Source of the DNA: an uncultured Candidatus Saccharibacteria bacterium
Lineage (GTDB): Bacteria > Patescibacteriota > Dojkabacteria > SC72
Length of the DNA: 33,586 nucleotides
Direction: 5' to 3'
NCBI GenBank assembly: GCA_964647075.1
Contig: CAZYGQ010000004.1
Location: 1 to 33,586 of the forward strand
A program made the translations under genes and the position numbers. Below, one piece after another: positions 1-8,589 of this stretch (its first letter is position 1; each line of letters begins with the position of its first letter). The notes beneath the pieces were generated by a model that saw only the letters and a program-made list of their open reading frames with translations, made no database searches and was not told the origin of the DNA.

Positions 1-183
1 AGTACAACCCCCTGGTCCGTAGCCACCACAAACTGGACGAGTATAGCACTGTGCATACAATTTAGAAGGAGAAGAAATACTAAATAGAAAAGAGGATAAA
101 AGTGCAAAGAAAAAAAGAGTTATCCCTAGTATATAGTTCCCTTTTTTCTTGTTTCTATTAATATAATCCAAGATTTTGCTCAT
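1..183 (-). CDS. 5' part of a secreted Cys/Gly-rich protein (continues past the left window edge)
   Basis: Hand translation of the minus strand from ATG at 183-181 gives MSKILDYINRNKKKGNYILGITLFFFALLSSFLFSISSPSKLYAQCYTRPVCGGYGPGGCT..., open to position 1. An in-frame TAA lies two codons upstream of the ATG. A basic N-region plus hydrophobic core looks like a signal peptide. Confidence 0.4.
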   Translation of the reverse strand, partial: MSKILDYINRNKKKGNYILGITLFFFALLSSFLFSISSPSKLYAQCYTRPVCGGYGPGGCT

Positions 184-256
184 CAAATATTATTTTACTG
201 TATCAAAAAATATCTTGTTTTTAAGTGGCGTTTTATTTATTTATACAGAGTTTTTA

Positions 257-775
257 TTACTTTTTATCCCTCTTCGCTTTAGTCTTACTCTCTTTACTAT
301 AGAAATACAGTACTGCCAACAAACCAACGATTATCATACCTGTGACAAACAAGATTCCATATTCTCTCTCCTTACTATCCTCTCTAGAAAGGGCACGATC
401 AGTACTGTCAATATCAGAAGCTTGTAAAATTTCCCTACTCTTCTCTCCCACAACGACAAGATTTACAACAAACTGCTCCTCATTACCATCCTTTACAGTT
501 ACAACGTACTCTCCATCCTCCATTTCTGTGATACTAAAGAGTACATACCAATAATCATCCACAACAACTACTGGTTTAAGTTCTTCTTCCTCCATATACA
601 CTTCAACTTCACTTTCTAAGTCCATAGTACCCGAAATCCTTACTGCATCTCCATGGACTACCTCTACTTCATTTTTTTCATTAACTTCCACCCTCTGATT
701 GTTTACAGAAACAAATTTCAAATTGCTCTTTGCTAACAAAGGAGATAGATTGACAAAAAGAAATGAGAGAAGCAA
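257..775 (-). CDS. hypothetical membrane-anchored protein (acidic domain, C-terminal TM helix, Lys-rich tail)
   Basis: 172-aa ORF from the track. The start as drawn is TTG, and there is no in-frame ATG before the upstream stop at 806-808. The hydrophobic segment GILFVTGMIIVGLLAVLYFY is followed by KESKTKAKRDKK. No family recognised. Confidence 0.5.
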   Translation of the reverse strand: MLLSFLFVNLSPLLAKSNLKFVSVNNQRVEVNEKNEVEVVHGDAVRISGTMDLESEVEVYMEEEELKPVVVVDDYWYVLFSITEMEDGEYVVTVKDGNEEQFVVNLVVVGEKSREILQASDIDSTDRALSREDSKEREYGILFVTGMIIVGLLAVLYFYSKESKTKAKRDKK

Positions 776-960
776 AAAAAGAGTATTGTAATAAAGAAAG
801 ATACTTTATGCAGGCAGTTATTCATAATCTCCATTCTAAAATGTTAATTTATTCTCCCCTATTTAACTAACCCTGTCAACACGCTTTCCCTTCTCACCAT
901 AATTGCAAAAATATCTACTTTAATGCAAAATATATACATAAAATAACAAAAAGAAATGAC

Positions 961-2235
961 ATGAAGATCAAAAACATACAGGCCAGAGAGATCTTAGACT
1001 CCAAAGGTACTCCTACAATATCAACAGAGGTAGAAGTTTGGAGTGGTGAGAAAGGAGAAGCCGAAGTGCCTTCTGGAGCATCGACAGGCAAGACAGAGGT
1101 CTTAGAAATGAGAGACGAAGACAAGGATAGATATGATGGGCAGGGTGTTCTAAAAGCAGTAGAAATCATTAACAGCAAGATTAAAGAGATTGCGCTAGAG
1201 AAAGAATTCACAAGCCAAAGAGAGTTTGACCAGCTATTAATAGAGGAAGATGGGACAGAGCTAAAAGAGAAATTAGGCGGAAACAGCATCCTCTCTTGCT
1301 CTATGGCATTTGCAAGAGCTGTATCAAATTCCTTCGGACTAGAGCTTTACGAATATCTGGCAATGACATATTGGGAAAAAGAATATGACAAAAAGAATTT
1401 CCATACCCCTGCTCCACAAATATTAATGATGGAAGGAGCTAAGCATGGTAACTGGTCCACAGATATTCAAGAATATATGTTGATTCCAGATATCGCTAAA
1501 TTCAGAACATTTACTGAAACTCTACGAGTTAGCACAGAAGTTTTTCATGCCATTCATGATGTGTTAGATAAAAGAGGATACTCTGTGGGTATAGGCTTGG
1601 AAGGAGCATACTGTCCAAGGGAATTAAAAAGCAATGCAGAGGCTTTCGATATAATTGTAGAGGCTGTAGAAACAAGGGGTTTTAAAATAGGAGATGATTT
1701 TAAATTTGCGTTAGACTTAGCATCTTCAGAACTATACGATGAAATAACTGGGAAATATGTACTTAAAAGTGAGAAAAGAGAATTAGACAAAGAGGAATGG
1801 GTTAAACTTCAGAAAGAATGGTTCTCAAAATACCCAATCCTTTCTGTAGAAGACCCTCTAGAACAAGAAGATTGGAAAGCTTGGTCTGATTTTACAAAAG
1901 AGTTTGGGCAAGAACACATGATAGTAGGAGATGACTTACTAACAACAAATACAAAAAGAATTAAAAAAGGAATCGAGGAAAGAGCAATGAATGCTGTTTT
2001 AATTAAATTAAATCAAATTGGGACAGTATCGGAGACTCTTGATGCTATCCGAATGACAGTAGGCAACGAAATGGATGCAATAATATCACACAGAAGTGGG
2101 GAAACGAAAGACGATTTCATTGCAGACTTAGTAATGGCAACTCCTGCACAATTTTGTAAGTTTGGTGCTCCTTCAAGAGGAGAACGAATAGCTAAATATA
2201 ATCGATTGCTAAAGATAGAAAAGCTGACTAGATAG
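961..2235 (+). CDS. eno: enolase (phosphopyruvate hydratase)
   Basis: 424 aa. N-terminus IKNIQAREILDSKGTPTISTEVEV...EVPSGASTGKTEVLEMRD, plus the SHRSGETKDDFIADL and IKLNQIGTVSETL signatures typical of enolase. Confidence 0.95.
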   Translation: MKIKNIQAREILDSKGTPTISTEVEVWSGEKGEAEVPSGASTGKTEVLEMRDEDKDRYDGQGVLKAVEIINSKIKEIALEKEFTSQREFDQLLIEEDGTELKEKLGGNSILSCSMAFARAVSNSFGLELYEYLAMTYWEKEYDKKNFHTPAPQILMMEGAKHGNWSTDIQEYMLIPDIAKFRTFTETLRVSTEVFHAIHDVLDKRGYSVGIGLEGAYCPRELKSNAEAFDIIVEAVETRGFKIGDDFKFALDLASSELYDEITGKYVLKSEKRELDKEEWVKLQKEWFSKYPILSVEDPLEQEDWKAWSDFTKEFGQEHMIVGDDLLTTNTKRIKKGIEERAMNAVLIKLNQIGTVSETLDAIRMTVGNEMDAIISHRSGETKDDFIADLVMATPAQFCKFGAPSRGERIAKYNRLLKIEKLTR

Positions 2236-3316
2236 ACACCCTTGGATCCCTATCTATCTTTTCAATATCTTCTCTTTCCTCTAGGTACTCATTATTTAAC
2301 ACTTTAAAATATCCAACTACCCCAATCATTGCCGCATTGTCTCCTCTGTACTCTTTCTCAGGGAATATATACTTCAAACCAAAAGACCTTGCTACCTTAC
2401 CCATAGCCCTTAATATCTCTTCACTATTAAATACACCACCACCAACAAAAAGAGTTTTAACATCTGGATGCTGCTCTATGGCTGATTCCACCTTTATTTT
2501 AAGAGAGTCAATTACTGCATCTAGAAAACCTCGACAAAAATCATACACCCAATCCTTCTCCTTTCTTCCTTCCTCTCTTAACTCTTTTGCCTTGTACAAA
2601 GCAGCTGTCTTTAATCCAGAGTAACTAAAATTAAGATCCTCGGAATTTTTCATGGGAACTGGGAAAACGATCTCACCTTTCTGCCCTTTCTTGGCAAATT
2701 CAGTAACAATGGGACCACCTGGATATCCAAGGTTAAGCATCCTAGCTACCTTGTCAAACGCCTCCCCAGCAGCATCATCCAAAGTCTGCCCAAGTTTCTC
2801 ATACTCTCCAAAACTGTGCACAAGTACCAACTCCGTGTGTTTCCCGGAGATTAACAGGGTCAGAGCAGGGACAGACCCTCCCAAGCCCAGAGGCTCCTCG
2901 TCAAGCGATTTCTCCAAAGACTGGGTCAGACCTGGGCCAGACCCCATCAAGCCAGAGAGCATGTGCCCTTCCATGTGGTTAACAGGAATAAAGGGTTTGG
3001 AGTATTTAATTGCGAGCTTTTTTCCGAAGTCCAAACCTACCTCCAAATCTATGGCAAGACCAGGGCCATAGGTGGCTGCGATATACTCAATATCTTGGAT
3101 TTTTAACTTGGCTTTTTTAAGAGCTTCTTCATATACCAAAGGAAGGTTTTTCTCATGTTCTCGTCTTGCAATATCAGGGACTACTCCTCCCCATTGAGCA
3201 TGAATTTCTACCTGGGAGGAAACCACACTAGAAAGAACTCTTCTTCCTTTAAGAACCGCTACGGAGGTATCATCACAGCTGGTATCGATTGCAAGTATTA
3301 ATGGTTGATTATACAT
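2228..3316 (-). CDS. tsaD: tRNA N6-adenosine threonylcarbamoyltransferase TsaD (Kae1/Qri7 family)
   Basis: 362 aa. ILAIDTSCDDTSVAVL N-terminus, NHMEGH metal-binding motif, GGGVFNSE near the C-terminus. Its stop overlaps the eno stop convergently by 8 nt, and its start overlaps the upstream tsaC-tsaE gene by 8 nt. Confidence 0.9.
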   Translation of the reverse strand: MYNQPLILAIDTSCDDTSVAVLKGRRVLSSVVSSQVEIHAQWGGVVPDIARREHEKNLPLVYEEALKKAKLKIQDIEYIAATYGPGLAIDLEVGLDFGKKLAIKYSKPFIPVNHMEGHMLSGLMGSGPGLTQSLEKSLDEEPLGLGGSVPALTLLISGKHTELVLVHSFGEYEKLGQTLDDAAGEAFDKVARMLNLGYPGGPIVTEFAKKGQKGEIVFPVPMKNSEDLNFSYSGLKTAALYKAKELREEGRKEKDWVYDFCRGFLDAVIDSLKIKVESAIEQHPDVKTLFVGGGVFNSEEILRAMGKVARSFGLKYIFPEKEYRGDNAAMIGVVGYFKVLNNEYLEEREDIEKIDRDPRVSI

Positions 3317-4397
3317 ATATTGCTATCTTCCTTTTGTCTATTGTTAAATATTTAATTACCACCTTGTAAATTGGTATATTCATATTGTCGCATATTGCCG
3401 CTATCTCTTGGTAAAATTTATCAGCCCATTCAATCACTACAATGTTTCTTTTCTCTAAATTCTCTATCAACCCTGATTTCTCAAGATCCTTATCTTCTAA
3501 CCTCCATGTGTCCATATGTGCCAATACTCGATTCTTACCATCATATACATATGGATACTCATTAATTATGGTGTAGGTAGGAGAATTTATCATCTCCTTT
3601 ACCCCAAGCGCTTCTCCCATTCCTTTTGTAAACTGTGTCTTGCCAGCTCCTAGTTCTCCACTTAAAGCTACTACTAAAGGAGGATCTACTCGAAGAAATT
3701 TCTTGACAAATTCTTTCCCTAAAAGTATTGTCTCCTCAGTTGTATCAGTTTCCTTCTCCTCTATCTTTCTGTCTTTAATCAAAGCATTCTCAAATTGTAA
3801 TTTTCCTTGCCTTAACACACTCAACTGGTTCATGGTGGTATCTAATACTGTAGAAGGATCATTCTTGGGCAATGTGCCTGCATCTAGAATCAGATCCACC
3901 AATTCTAAACTTTTCTTGGGTAAATTCTCCATTAAGGTATCAATACTGTATGGTGCTGGCCTGTAAGAGACATTGGCGGAAGTTGCAGTAATTGGTCTTC
4001 CAAATTGTTTAATTAGCTCCAATGTAAAAGTATAGTTAGGGTATCTTACTCCAACCACCCCTCTCAAGGAGACCACAGGTGGGACTAATTTGTATTTGCT
4101 CATGGAGATGACGGTGATTGGACCAGGAAGATAGTTTTCATATATATTTCCTGCCATATCATTTATTTCTACATAGTCATTAGCCATTTCTTTGTCAGCT
4201 ACTGCTATGGATATTGGTTTTGACCCTCTTAGCTTTTTGTACTGCATTATTTTTGCTAGTGCTTTGGGGTTTGTTGCATCTCCCCCTAATCCATAGCAAG
4301 TTTCTGTTGGATATATTACTAACCCACCGTTTTTTAGTATTTCAACGGCTTTTGCAATCGCTATTTCTTTCTCTTTTTTAATATCTATTCTTTCCAT
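3309..4397 (-). CDS. tsaC: fusion protein: N-terminal TsaC/YrdC-type L-threonylcarbamoyladenylate synthase plus C-terminal TsaE P-loop ATPase
   Basis: 362 aa. The N-terminal half has YrdC/Sua5 motifs (GGLVIYPTETCYGLGGDATN, ITATSANVS). The C-terminal ~140 aa has TsaE motifs (LSGELGAGKTQFTKGMGEALGV, INSPTYTIINEY, HMDTWRL). It is one uninterrupted frame. Confidence 0.8.
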   Translation of the reverse strand: MERIDIKKEKEIAIAKAVEILKNGGLVIYPTETCYGLGGDATNPKALAKIMQYKKLRGSKPISIAVADKEMANDYVEINDMAGNIYENYLPGPITVISMSKYKLVPPVVSLRGVVGVRYPNYTFTLELIKQFGRPITATSANVSYRPAPYSIDTLMENLPKKSLELVDLILDAGTLPKNDPSTVLDTTMNQLSVLRQGKLQFENALIKDRKIEEKETDTTEETILLGKEFVKKFLRVDPPLVVALSGELGAGKTQFTKGMGEALGVKEMINSPTYTIINEYPYVYDGKNRVLAHMDTWRLEDKDLEKSGLIENLEKRNIVVIEWADKFYQEIAAICDNMNIPIYKVVIKYLTIDKRKIAIYV

Positions 4398-4473
4398 GGT
4401 ATAATGATATTATACTAGGAATGAGCTTAAATGCCCATATTCCAGTATTTTTAAGTTTTAATATATACATATC

Positions 4474-4794
4474 ATGTCAGTATTACATTTAACAGGTGAG
4501 AATTTCAAACAGGAAATTTTAGATTACGAAGGGGTTTCCGTTGTAGATTTCTGGGCTCCTTGGTGTGGTCCTTGTCAGATGGTTGGTCCCTCTTTAGATG
4601 AGATAGCTGAAGAAATGAAAGACAAGATTAAGGTTGGAAAAGTAAATGTAGATGAGGAGGGTTCTTTAGGTCAGGAGTATGAGATTATGAGTATCCCTGC
4701 AGTGTTTATTTTTAAAAATGGAGAGATTGTAGAACGAATGATTGGTCCAATGGCAAAGGATAGCTATGTTGAGGCTGTGGGTAAATATTTGTAA
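4474..4794 (+). CDS. trxA: thioredoxin
   Basis: 106 aa with DFWAPWCGPCQM active site and MSIPAVFIFKNGE; canonical thioredoxin length. Confidence 0.92.
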   Translation: MSVLHLTGENFKQEILDYEGVSVVDFWAPWCGPCQMVGPSLDEIAEEMKDKIKVGKVNVDEEGSLGQEYEIMSIPAVFIFKNGEIVERMIGPMAKDSYVEAVGKYL

Positions 4795-4795
4795 G

Positions 4796-5545
4796 TTACA
4801 GAGAGCTGTTTTTTCTCTTCTGATAGTACTGTTCGTAAAGGATATCTTTTTCCTCGCTGGTTAGTTCGTTGTAAAAAAGGATGTTTGCAGTATCTGAACC
4901 TGCTTTTTTAGCAATATACATAGTGGCATCTGCTACTTCCCAAAGTTCTTTTAGTTTTTCTTTCATCCTCTCTTTAACTAGACCCTTCTCTTCTTTCTCA
5001 TGCTGGCTTAGTTGACTAAATACTTCTCGATATATAGTAACTAGATTAATATCTACTATCCCTGCTGAGAAGGTTAGATTAGGTGAAGATTTTGATAGGA
5101 GTTCGAGATATCTGTTTTTCTCTCTTGTATCGTTATGGAGAATAAGTAGAAATTCATCTCCCCCTACTCTTGCAACTATATCTTCTGCTCTAGAGGCAAC
5201 ATCTTGAAGGTAATTAGCCATATTAGAGATTAAGATATCACCTGCGCTGTGGCCTTCTGCATTATTTATATCTCTTAATTTATTCATATCTACAAACATT
5301 ATCCTTTCATCTTTTTCTTCTTCTTTTCCTTCCCATATATCTCTTAAGGTTGTAGATATTTTTCTTTCTACTTCATATTCCAATCCTCTGTTATTTAAGA
5401 GTCCTGTTTTAGGGTCTTTCATAGATTGTTCTCTTAATGATTGATTTTCTTGTTCTAGATACTGTACTCTTTGTTGTAGTAGAGTAATTTCTTCTTTTAG
5501 GTCTTCAGGGGTTTTGTTTTGTGGCTCTTGGTTTAACAAATCCAT
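4796..5545 (-). CDS. GGDEF-domain diguanylate cyclase with N-terminal coiled coil
   Basis: 249 aa. KTGLLNNRGLEYE, then RAEDIVARVGGDEFLLIL (GGDEF A-site preceded by an RxxD I-site). The N-terminal 45 aa are heptad-like (LKEEITLLQQRVQYLEQENQSLRE). No sensor domain or TM helix. Confidence 0.8.
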   Translation of the reverse strand: MDLLNQEPQNKTPEDLKEEITLLQQRVQYLEQENQSLREQSMKDPKTGLLNNRGLEYEVERKISTTLRDIWEGKEEEKDERIMFVDMNKLRDINNAEGHSAGDILISNMANYLQDVASRAEDIVARVGGDEFLLILHNDTREKNRYLELLSKSSPNLTFSAGIVDINLVTIYREVFSQLSQHEKEEKGLVKERMKEKLKELWEVADATMYIAKKAGSDTANILFYNELTSEEKDILYEQYYQKRKNSSL

Positions 5546-5635
5546 ATTAGGCTGTTTTTATGTTTATATGACTTCTGTTTTAGTATAGTGAATAATTGTT
5601 ATTTTGTATAGAGTTTGATATACTTTTTGCGTTTA

Positions 5636-5712
5636 GGAGTGGTAGCTCAATTGGTTAGAGCATCTGCCTGTCACGCAGAAGGCTGCGGGTTCGAGTCCCG
5701 TCCATTCCGCCA
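5636..5712 (+). tRNA. tRNA-Asp (anticodon GTC), CCA encoded
   Basis: Hand-folded 77-nt cloverleaf. Acceptor GGAGTGG/CCATTCC (one G-T pair). D arm GCTC-AATTGGTTA-GAGC. Anticodon arm TCTGC-CTGTCAC-GCAGA. Variable loop AGGCT. T arm GCGGG-TTCGAGT-CCCGT. Discriminator G, then CCA. Confidence 0.93.
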
Positions 5713-5875
5713 TAATCCTCTGGTTCCTTATAGACCCGTGTACTACCTCTTAGAAAGACTGTTAAACCTTAATTATTTTGACCCTCAAAAAACAAGTTTT
5801 CGGAAATATGGCCTGGTGTATAAAAAGGACTGAAAAAGGCCCTACTTTTATACCCCCTCCGTTCGAAGTTAGAAT
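5713..5875 (+). repeat. dispersed repeat copy A (modules M + R), starting exactly at the tRNA-Asp 3' end
   Basis: TAGACCCGTGTACTAC aligns with module M. ATTATTTTGACCCTCAAAAAACAAGTTTTCGGAAATATGGCCTGGTGTATAAAAAGG...CCGTTCGAAG aligns with module R of copies B, E, G and H. Confidence 0.8.
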
Positions 5876-6004
5876 GTAGATATAACACAAGAATTGGGGT
5901 GTAGAGGAATTTTTGATTCCGTTACATTCTCGTTCACCTTACTATATTTTCTGTGGATAATTAGACAATATTATTGTCAATTATATTGACAAATAACTTG
6001 ACAA

Positions 6005-6784
6005 TTAATCAAACTCTATCTGTTTCAGATAATCTCTAAACAGTTTAATCTTATCTCCCTCTTCTTTATTTATTAAAAACGGTTGTACATCTTTAACCAT
6101 AGAATCTAAATCAACTTCCTTTATACCTTCTAGAATCTTTTCTCTAGCCTGATCCCAATTAGAAACACCAAATTTAAGAGTAAGAAAGCCAATATCTGGT
6201 TTGGTATTCTGTAATAGGTAAAGAATATCGTAGAAGTCTCTACCCTTTGCTCTACTTCGTTGAGTAATAGTCCATAGCTTCTGAGAGAGAATTATTTCTT
6301 TAGGAGTTACCCTTATCTGCTTAAACACATTAAACTTGTTTAATAGATATAACTCTGATTCATACTGATACCCCTGATCAAATGTATCTATCTGTATATC
6401 AATCTTTTCTGTTTTAATATTACTTAACTTGTTCTCAAAAAGTATATTTGAAAATTTAATGTGACAATGAATAGCTTTCTTTTCAGTTACCTTTATTTCT
6501 ACATCAAAACCATGTCTCTGAAGTTCTTGCTCTATTTTTTTAGCAAGAGATGTGAATTCTTTAGAAGACAGTTCTTTGTTATCAAAGTCTAAATCCTCGG
6601 AGAATCTTTTAATTCCATGAACTATTCTTAAACCTGTACCACCTAGAAAAGATAGCTTAGTAGAAATATTTGAATTGAATATTATTTCTAATATGAGAAA
6701 TTGTAAATACTCTCTAAGTAGACCTCTTTCAAACCTATGTATATCACTTGGATACTGTTTCTTTATTTCTTCTATACTAAGCAT
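6005..6784 (-). CDS. abiEii: nucleotidyltransferase toxin, AbiEii/AbiGii family (type IV toxin-antitoxin)
   Basis: 259 aa. FLGGTGLRIVHGIKRFSEDLDFD is the family-typical nucleotidyltransferase motif. The gene overlaps the upstream AbiEi-like gene by 8 nt. Confidence 0.8.
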   Translation of the reverse strand: MLSIEEIKKQYPSDIHRFERGLLREYLQFLILEIIFNSNISTKLSFLGGTGLRIVHGIKRFSEDLDFDNKELSSKEFTSLAKKIEQELQRHGFDVEIKVTEKKAIHCHIKFSNILFENKLSNIKTEKIDIQIDTFDQGYQYESELYLLNKFNVFKQIRVTPKEIILSQKLWTITQRSRAKGRDFYDILYLLQNTKPDIGFLTLKFGVSNWDQAREKILEGIKEVDLDSMVKDVQPFLINKEEGDKIKLFRDYLKQIEFD

Positions 6785-7391
6785 CGAGATATTTTAGTAA
6801 TAACTTAGACCTATTATTTAATTCTAAATTGTCAAATAGATTAAGATATGTATTAAACCTCTCCTTGTCAATCGTACTATTTATAATCTCTGTATTAAAC
6901 CTTAACCCCTCTAAATCATCTATAGTTGAGATCTCAGAATGTAGGTAAAGATAGTCCAAAATTGCCTTTTCAGGAGTAGCTAATGTAAATGGTCTGTCAT
7001 TGTTTTCAATAACCTCATATCCAAAGTAGAGGTTATTCTTAATACTTTGGTATGAAAATACACCATATTGAGTATCAAAAAGATTGGTCTTTCTGGTCGA
7101 TACAGAAGTTATTTGTAAAGTAGTTTCTGGTATAAATCCATAATGACTTAAAGCACTTTCTAGAGATATATAAGATGGAGAGTATATCTTGTTTGCTATA
7201 AAGAAGTAATCATTTCCTTGAGGATTGAAACTAGAGTCTGCATACCAAAATCTCCTAATTCTCTTTATCCATCCATTATTCAACCAATCATTTAAAGTTG
7301 GTTCTCTAAAATCAGGATCTAGCATCCTAATATCGTTTAGTGTAAATACACCTAAACTTCTTAAATTGTTTTGTATCTCTATGTACTTCAT
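6777..7391 (-). CDS. abiEi: AbiEi-family antitoxin / transcriptional regulator (type IV toxin-antitoxin)
   Basis: 204 aa. N-terminal winged-helix-like LRSLGVFTLNDIRML...LNDWLNNGWIKRIRRFWY and C-terminal PEKAILDYLY are typical of AbiEi. Operon position directly upstream of abiEii. Confidence 0.7.
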   Translation of the reverse strand: MKYIEIQNNLRSLGVFTLNDIRMLDPDFREPTLNDWLNNGWIKRIRRFWYADSSFNPQGNDYFFIANKIYSPSYISLESALSHYGFIPETTLQITSVSTRKTNLFDTQYGVFSYQSIKNNLYFGYEVIENNDRPFTLATPEKAILDYLYLHSEISTIDDLEGLRFNTEIINSTIDKERFNTYLNLFDNLELNNRSKLLLKYLDA

Positions 7392-7510
7392 TTCTGTAAG
7401 ATACGGTTTTCCGTATGTTATAGAAACAGAATACCATAAACCTGATGCTTAGACAAGTATTTCCTAAGATATTCAATAATATTTATGTTTTAATTTACAT
7501 TAAATATTTG

Positions 7511-7625
7511 GGGATTGAGTTATTTTGACCTTAAAAGGAGAAGTTCTCAAAAGTAAGGCCTGGTGGATGAAATGAGTCAAAAAAGAGGTGTTTTTAAGAG
7601 CTGTTGGTTCGAAGGGAGAAGCCTT
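7511..7625 (+). repeat. dispersed repeat copy B (module R only)
   Basis: GGGATTGAGTTATTTTGACCTTAAAAGGAGAAGTTCTCAAAAGTAAGGCCTGGTGGATGAAA...GTTGGTTCGAAGGG is colinear with R of copies A, E, G and H. Confidence 0.85.
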
Positions 7626-7655
7626 ATCCATTGGCAAAAAGGTTTGTTATTAAGG

Positions 7656-8450
7656 TTAATTTTCAAAAAACTTCTTAAAATTAGGCTCGTTTTTAAAAAC
7701 CTCTATAGAACATGCCGCTCTCAGAGGAACGTAAGGAAAAGCTTTTAGAAGATCTTCTACCGTTTCTGAATTACGAACCTTCTTAAGGAACTCTTCTGCT
7801 TTTTGTTTATTAGTACTACCATCCTTTGAGACAAATTGACCCCATACATCAAATCTTCTGAACGCACCCTCTGACAAACTTTCTTCCATACTCTCGGTCC
7901 ATTCTTGAGGATACACAGCTCTATACCCTTTATGGTTACAAAGCCAAGACCTCGTTGTCACAGTTTTTAAATTTGGGTTTATCTCTAATGCCTTATTTAT
8001 GGCCATCACTATTTCCTTCCTTCTGTTCTCAACTTGATTCGGAGAAAATGGTGATTCATCTCCAGGTATTGAATTATGAAAATGCATGAAGATAACGTCC
8101 TCTTCTCCATCTTTTTCAATAGAGGCATATATACAAGCATCTTTAGGTCTATCTGGATTCCTTTCCTTTAAATGTTTTCTCTCTAAATATTTCTCGTGTA
8201 TTGATTTAGTCAATGCATTAGCGTCTGCATTTTCAATTGGGAATTGAGTAGAAAATGCCTCCCCTAAATTTGTTAGTTTGGGAAGTTGAGTTAAATCCTG
8301 TAATGCTTTTTGAAACGGTATCTCTCGTTCAGACCCTTTTGTTACTTGAAAAACCTTATTAGCAAACTGGACTTGAAGATTAACAAATTCTTCATCATAC
8401 TTTGGTTCTAAATCTTTGTTATCAGTAAGGTCTGATTCTGTAATATCCAT
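7656..8450 (-). CDS. hypothetical protein (264 aa, cytoplasmic, no family recognised)
   Basis: Long ORF filling the interval between repeat copies B and C. No TM helix or signal peptide. Confidence 0.55.
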   Translation of the reverse strand: MDITESDLTDNKDLEPKYDEEFVNLQVQFANKVFQVTKGSEREIPFQKALQDLTQLPKLTNLGEAFSTQFPIENADANALTKSIHEKYLERKHLKERNPDRPKDACIYASIEKDGEEDVIFMHFHNSIPGDESPFSPNQVENRRKEIVMAINKALEINPNLKTVTTRSWLCNHKGYRAVYPQEWTESMEESLSEGAFRRFDVWGQFVSKDGSTNKQKAEEFLKKVRNSETVEDLLKAFPYVPLRAACSIEVFKNEPNFKKFFEN

Positions 8451-8469
8451 ATATTAGTAAATATATCAG

Positions 8470-8545
8470 AAATAAGACACTTTGTCCCCCTTTTATACTG
8501 TCTTATTTGTCTCATTTTAGGTTCCAGACGTGTATGTCCCACCAC
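8470..8545 (+). repeat. dispersed repeat copy C (module L + core), with a 10-bp hairpin
   Basis: TTTTATACTGTCTTATTTGTCTCATTTTAGGTT plus core CCAGACGTGTATGTCCCACCAC (8524-8545). AAATAAGACA (8470-8479) pairs with TGTCTTATTT (8499-8508). Similarity to other copies stops after the core. Confidence 0.85.
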
Positions 8546-8589
8546 ATTTCCCCATTCTAAAAAGATATCAAGGATGATATAATTGGGAC

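Noticed and set aside
2228-2235. Convergent 8-nt overlap of the eno and tsaD stops, and the 1-nt gap between the trxA and GGDEF stops
   Set aside because: Real, but it is simply a sign of genome compaction with no room for terminators. It is not a distinct feature.
915-4000. Antisense shadow ORFs inside eno, tsaD and tsaC-tsaE (915-1289, 1554-1790, 2337-2624, 2652-3071, 3371-3565, 3640-3966)
   Set aside because: Each is fully embedded opposite a confidently identified gene. Their products are low-complexity Ser/Leu/Pro-rich with no motifs.
5615-5833. 72-aa ORF in the track overlapping the tRNA-Asp gene
   Set aside because: It reads straight through a well-folding tRNA and then repeat copy A. 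It is an artefact of an open frame over non-coding RNA and repeat sequence.
7401-7416. Hairpin ATACGG-TTTT-CCGTAT 10 nt upstream of the abiEi start as an AbiEi operator
   Set aside because: It is a single 6-bp stem. Characterised AbiEi operators are paired ~23-bp inverted repeats, and I found no second copy in 7392-7510.
7563-7748. ORFs lying on repeat copies (7563-7748 +, 8408-8611 -, 22807-23031 +)
   Set aside because: Their sequence is repeat module R or L+core. Indels between copies break every frame (for example TAA or TGA appear in G and H where B is open). Conservation is therefore at the nucleotide level, not the protein level.
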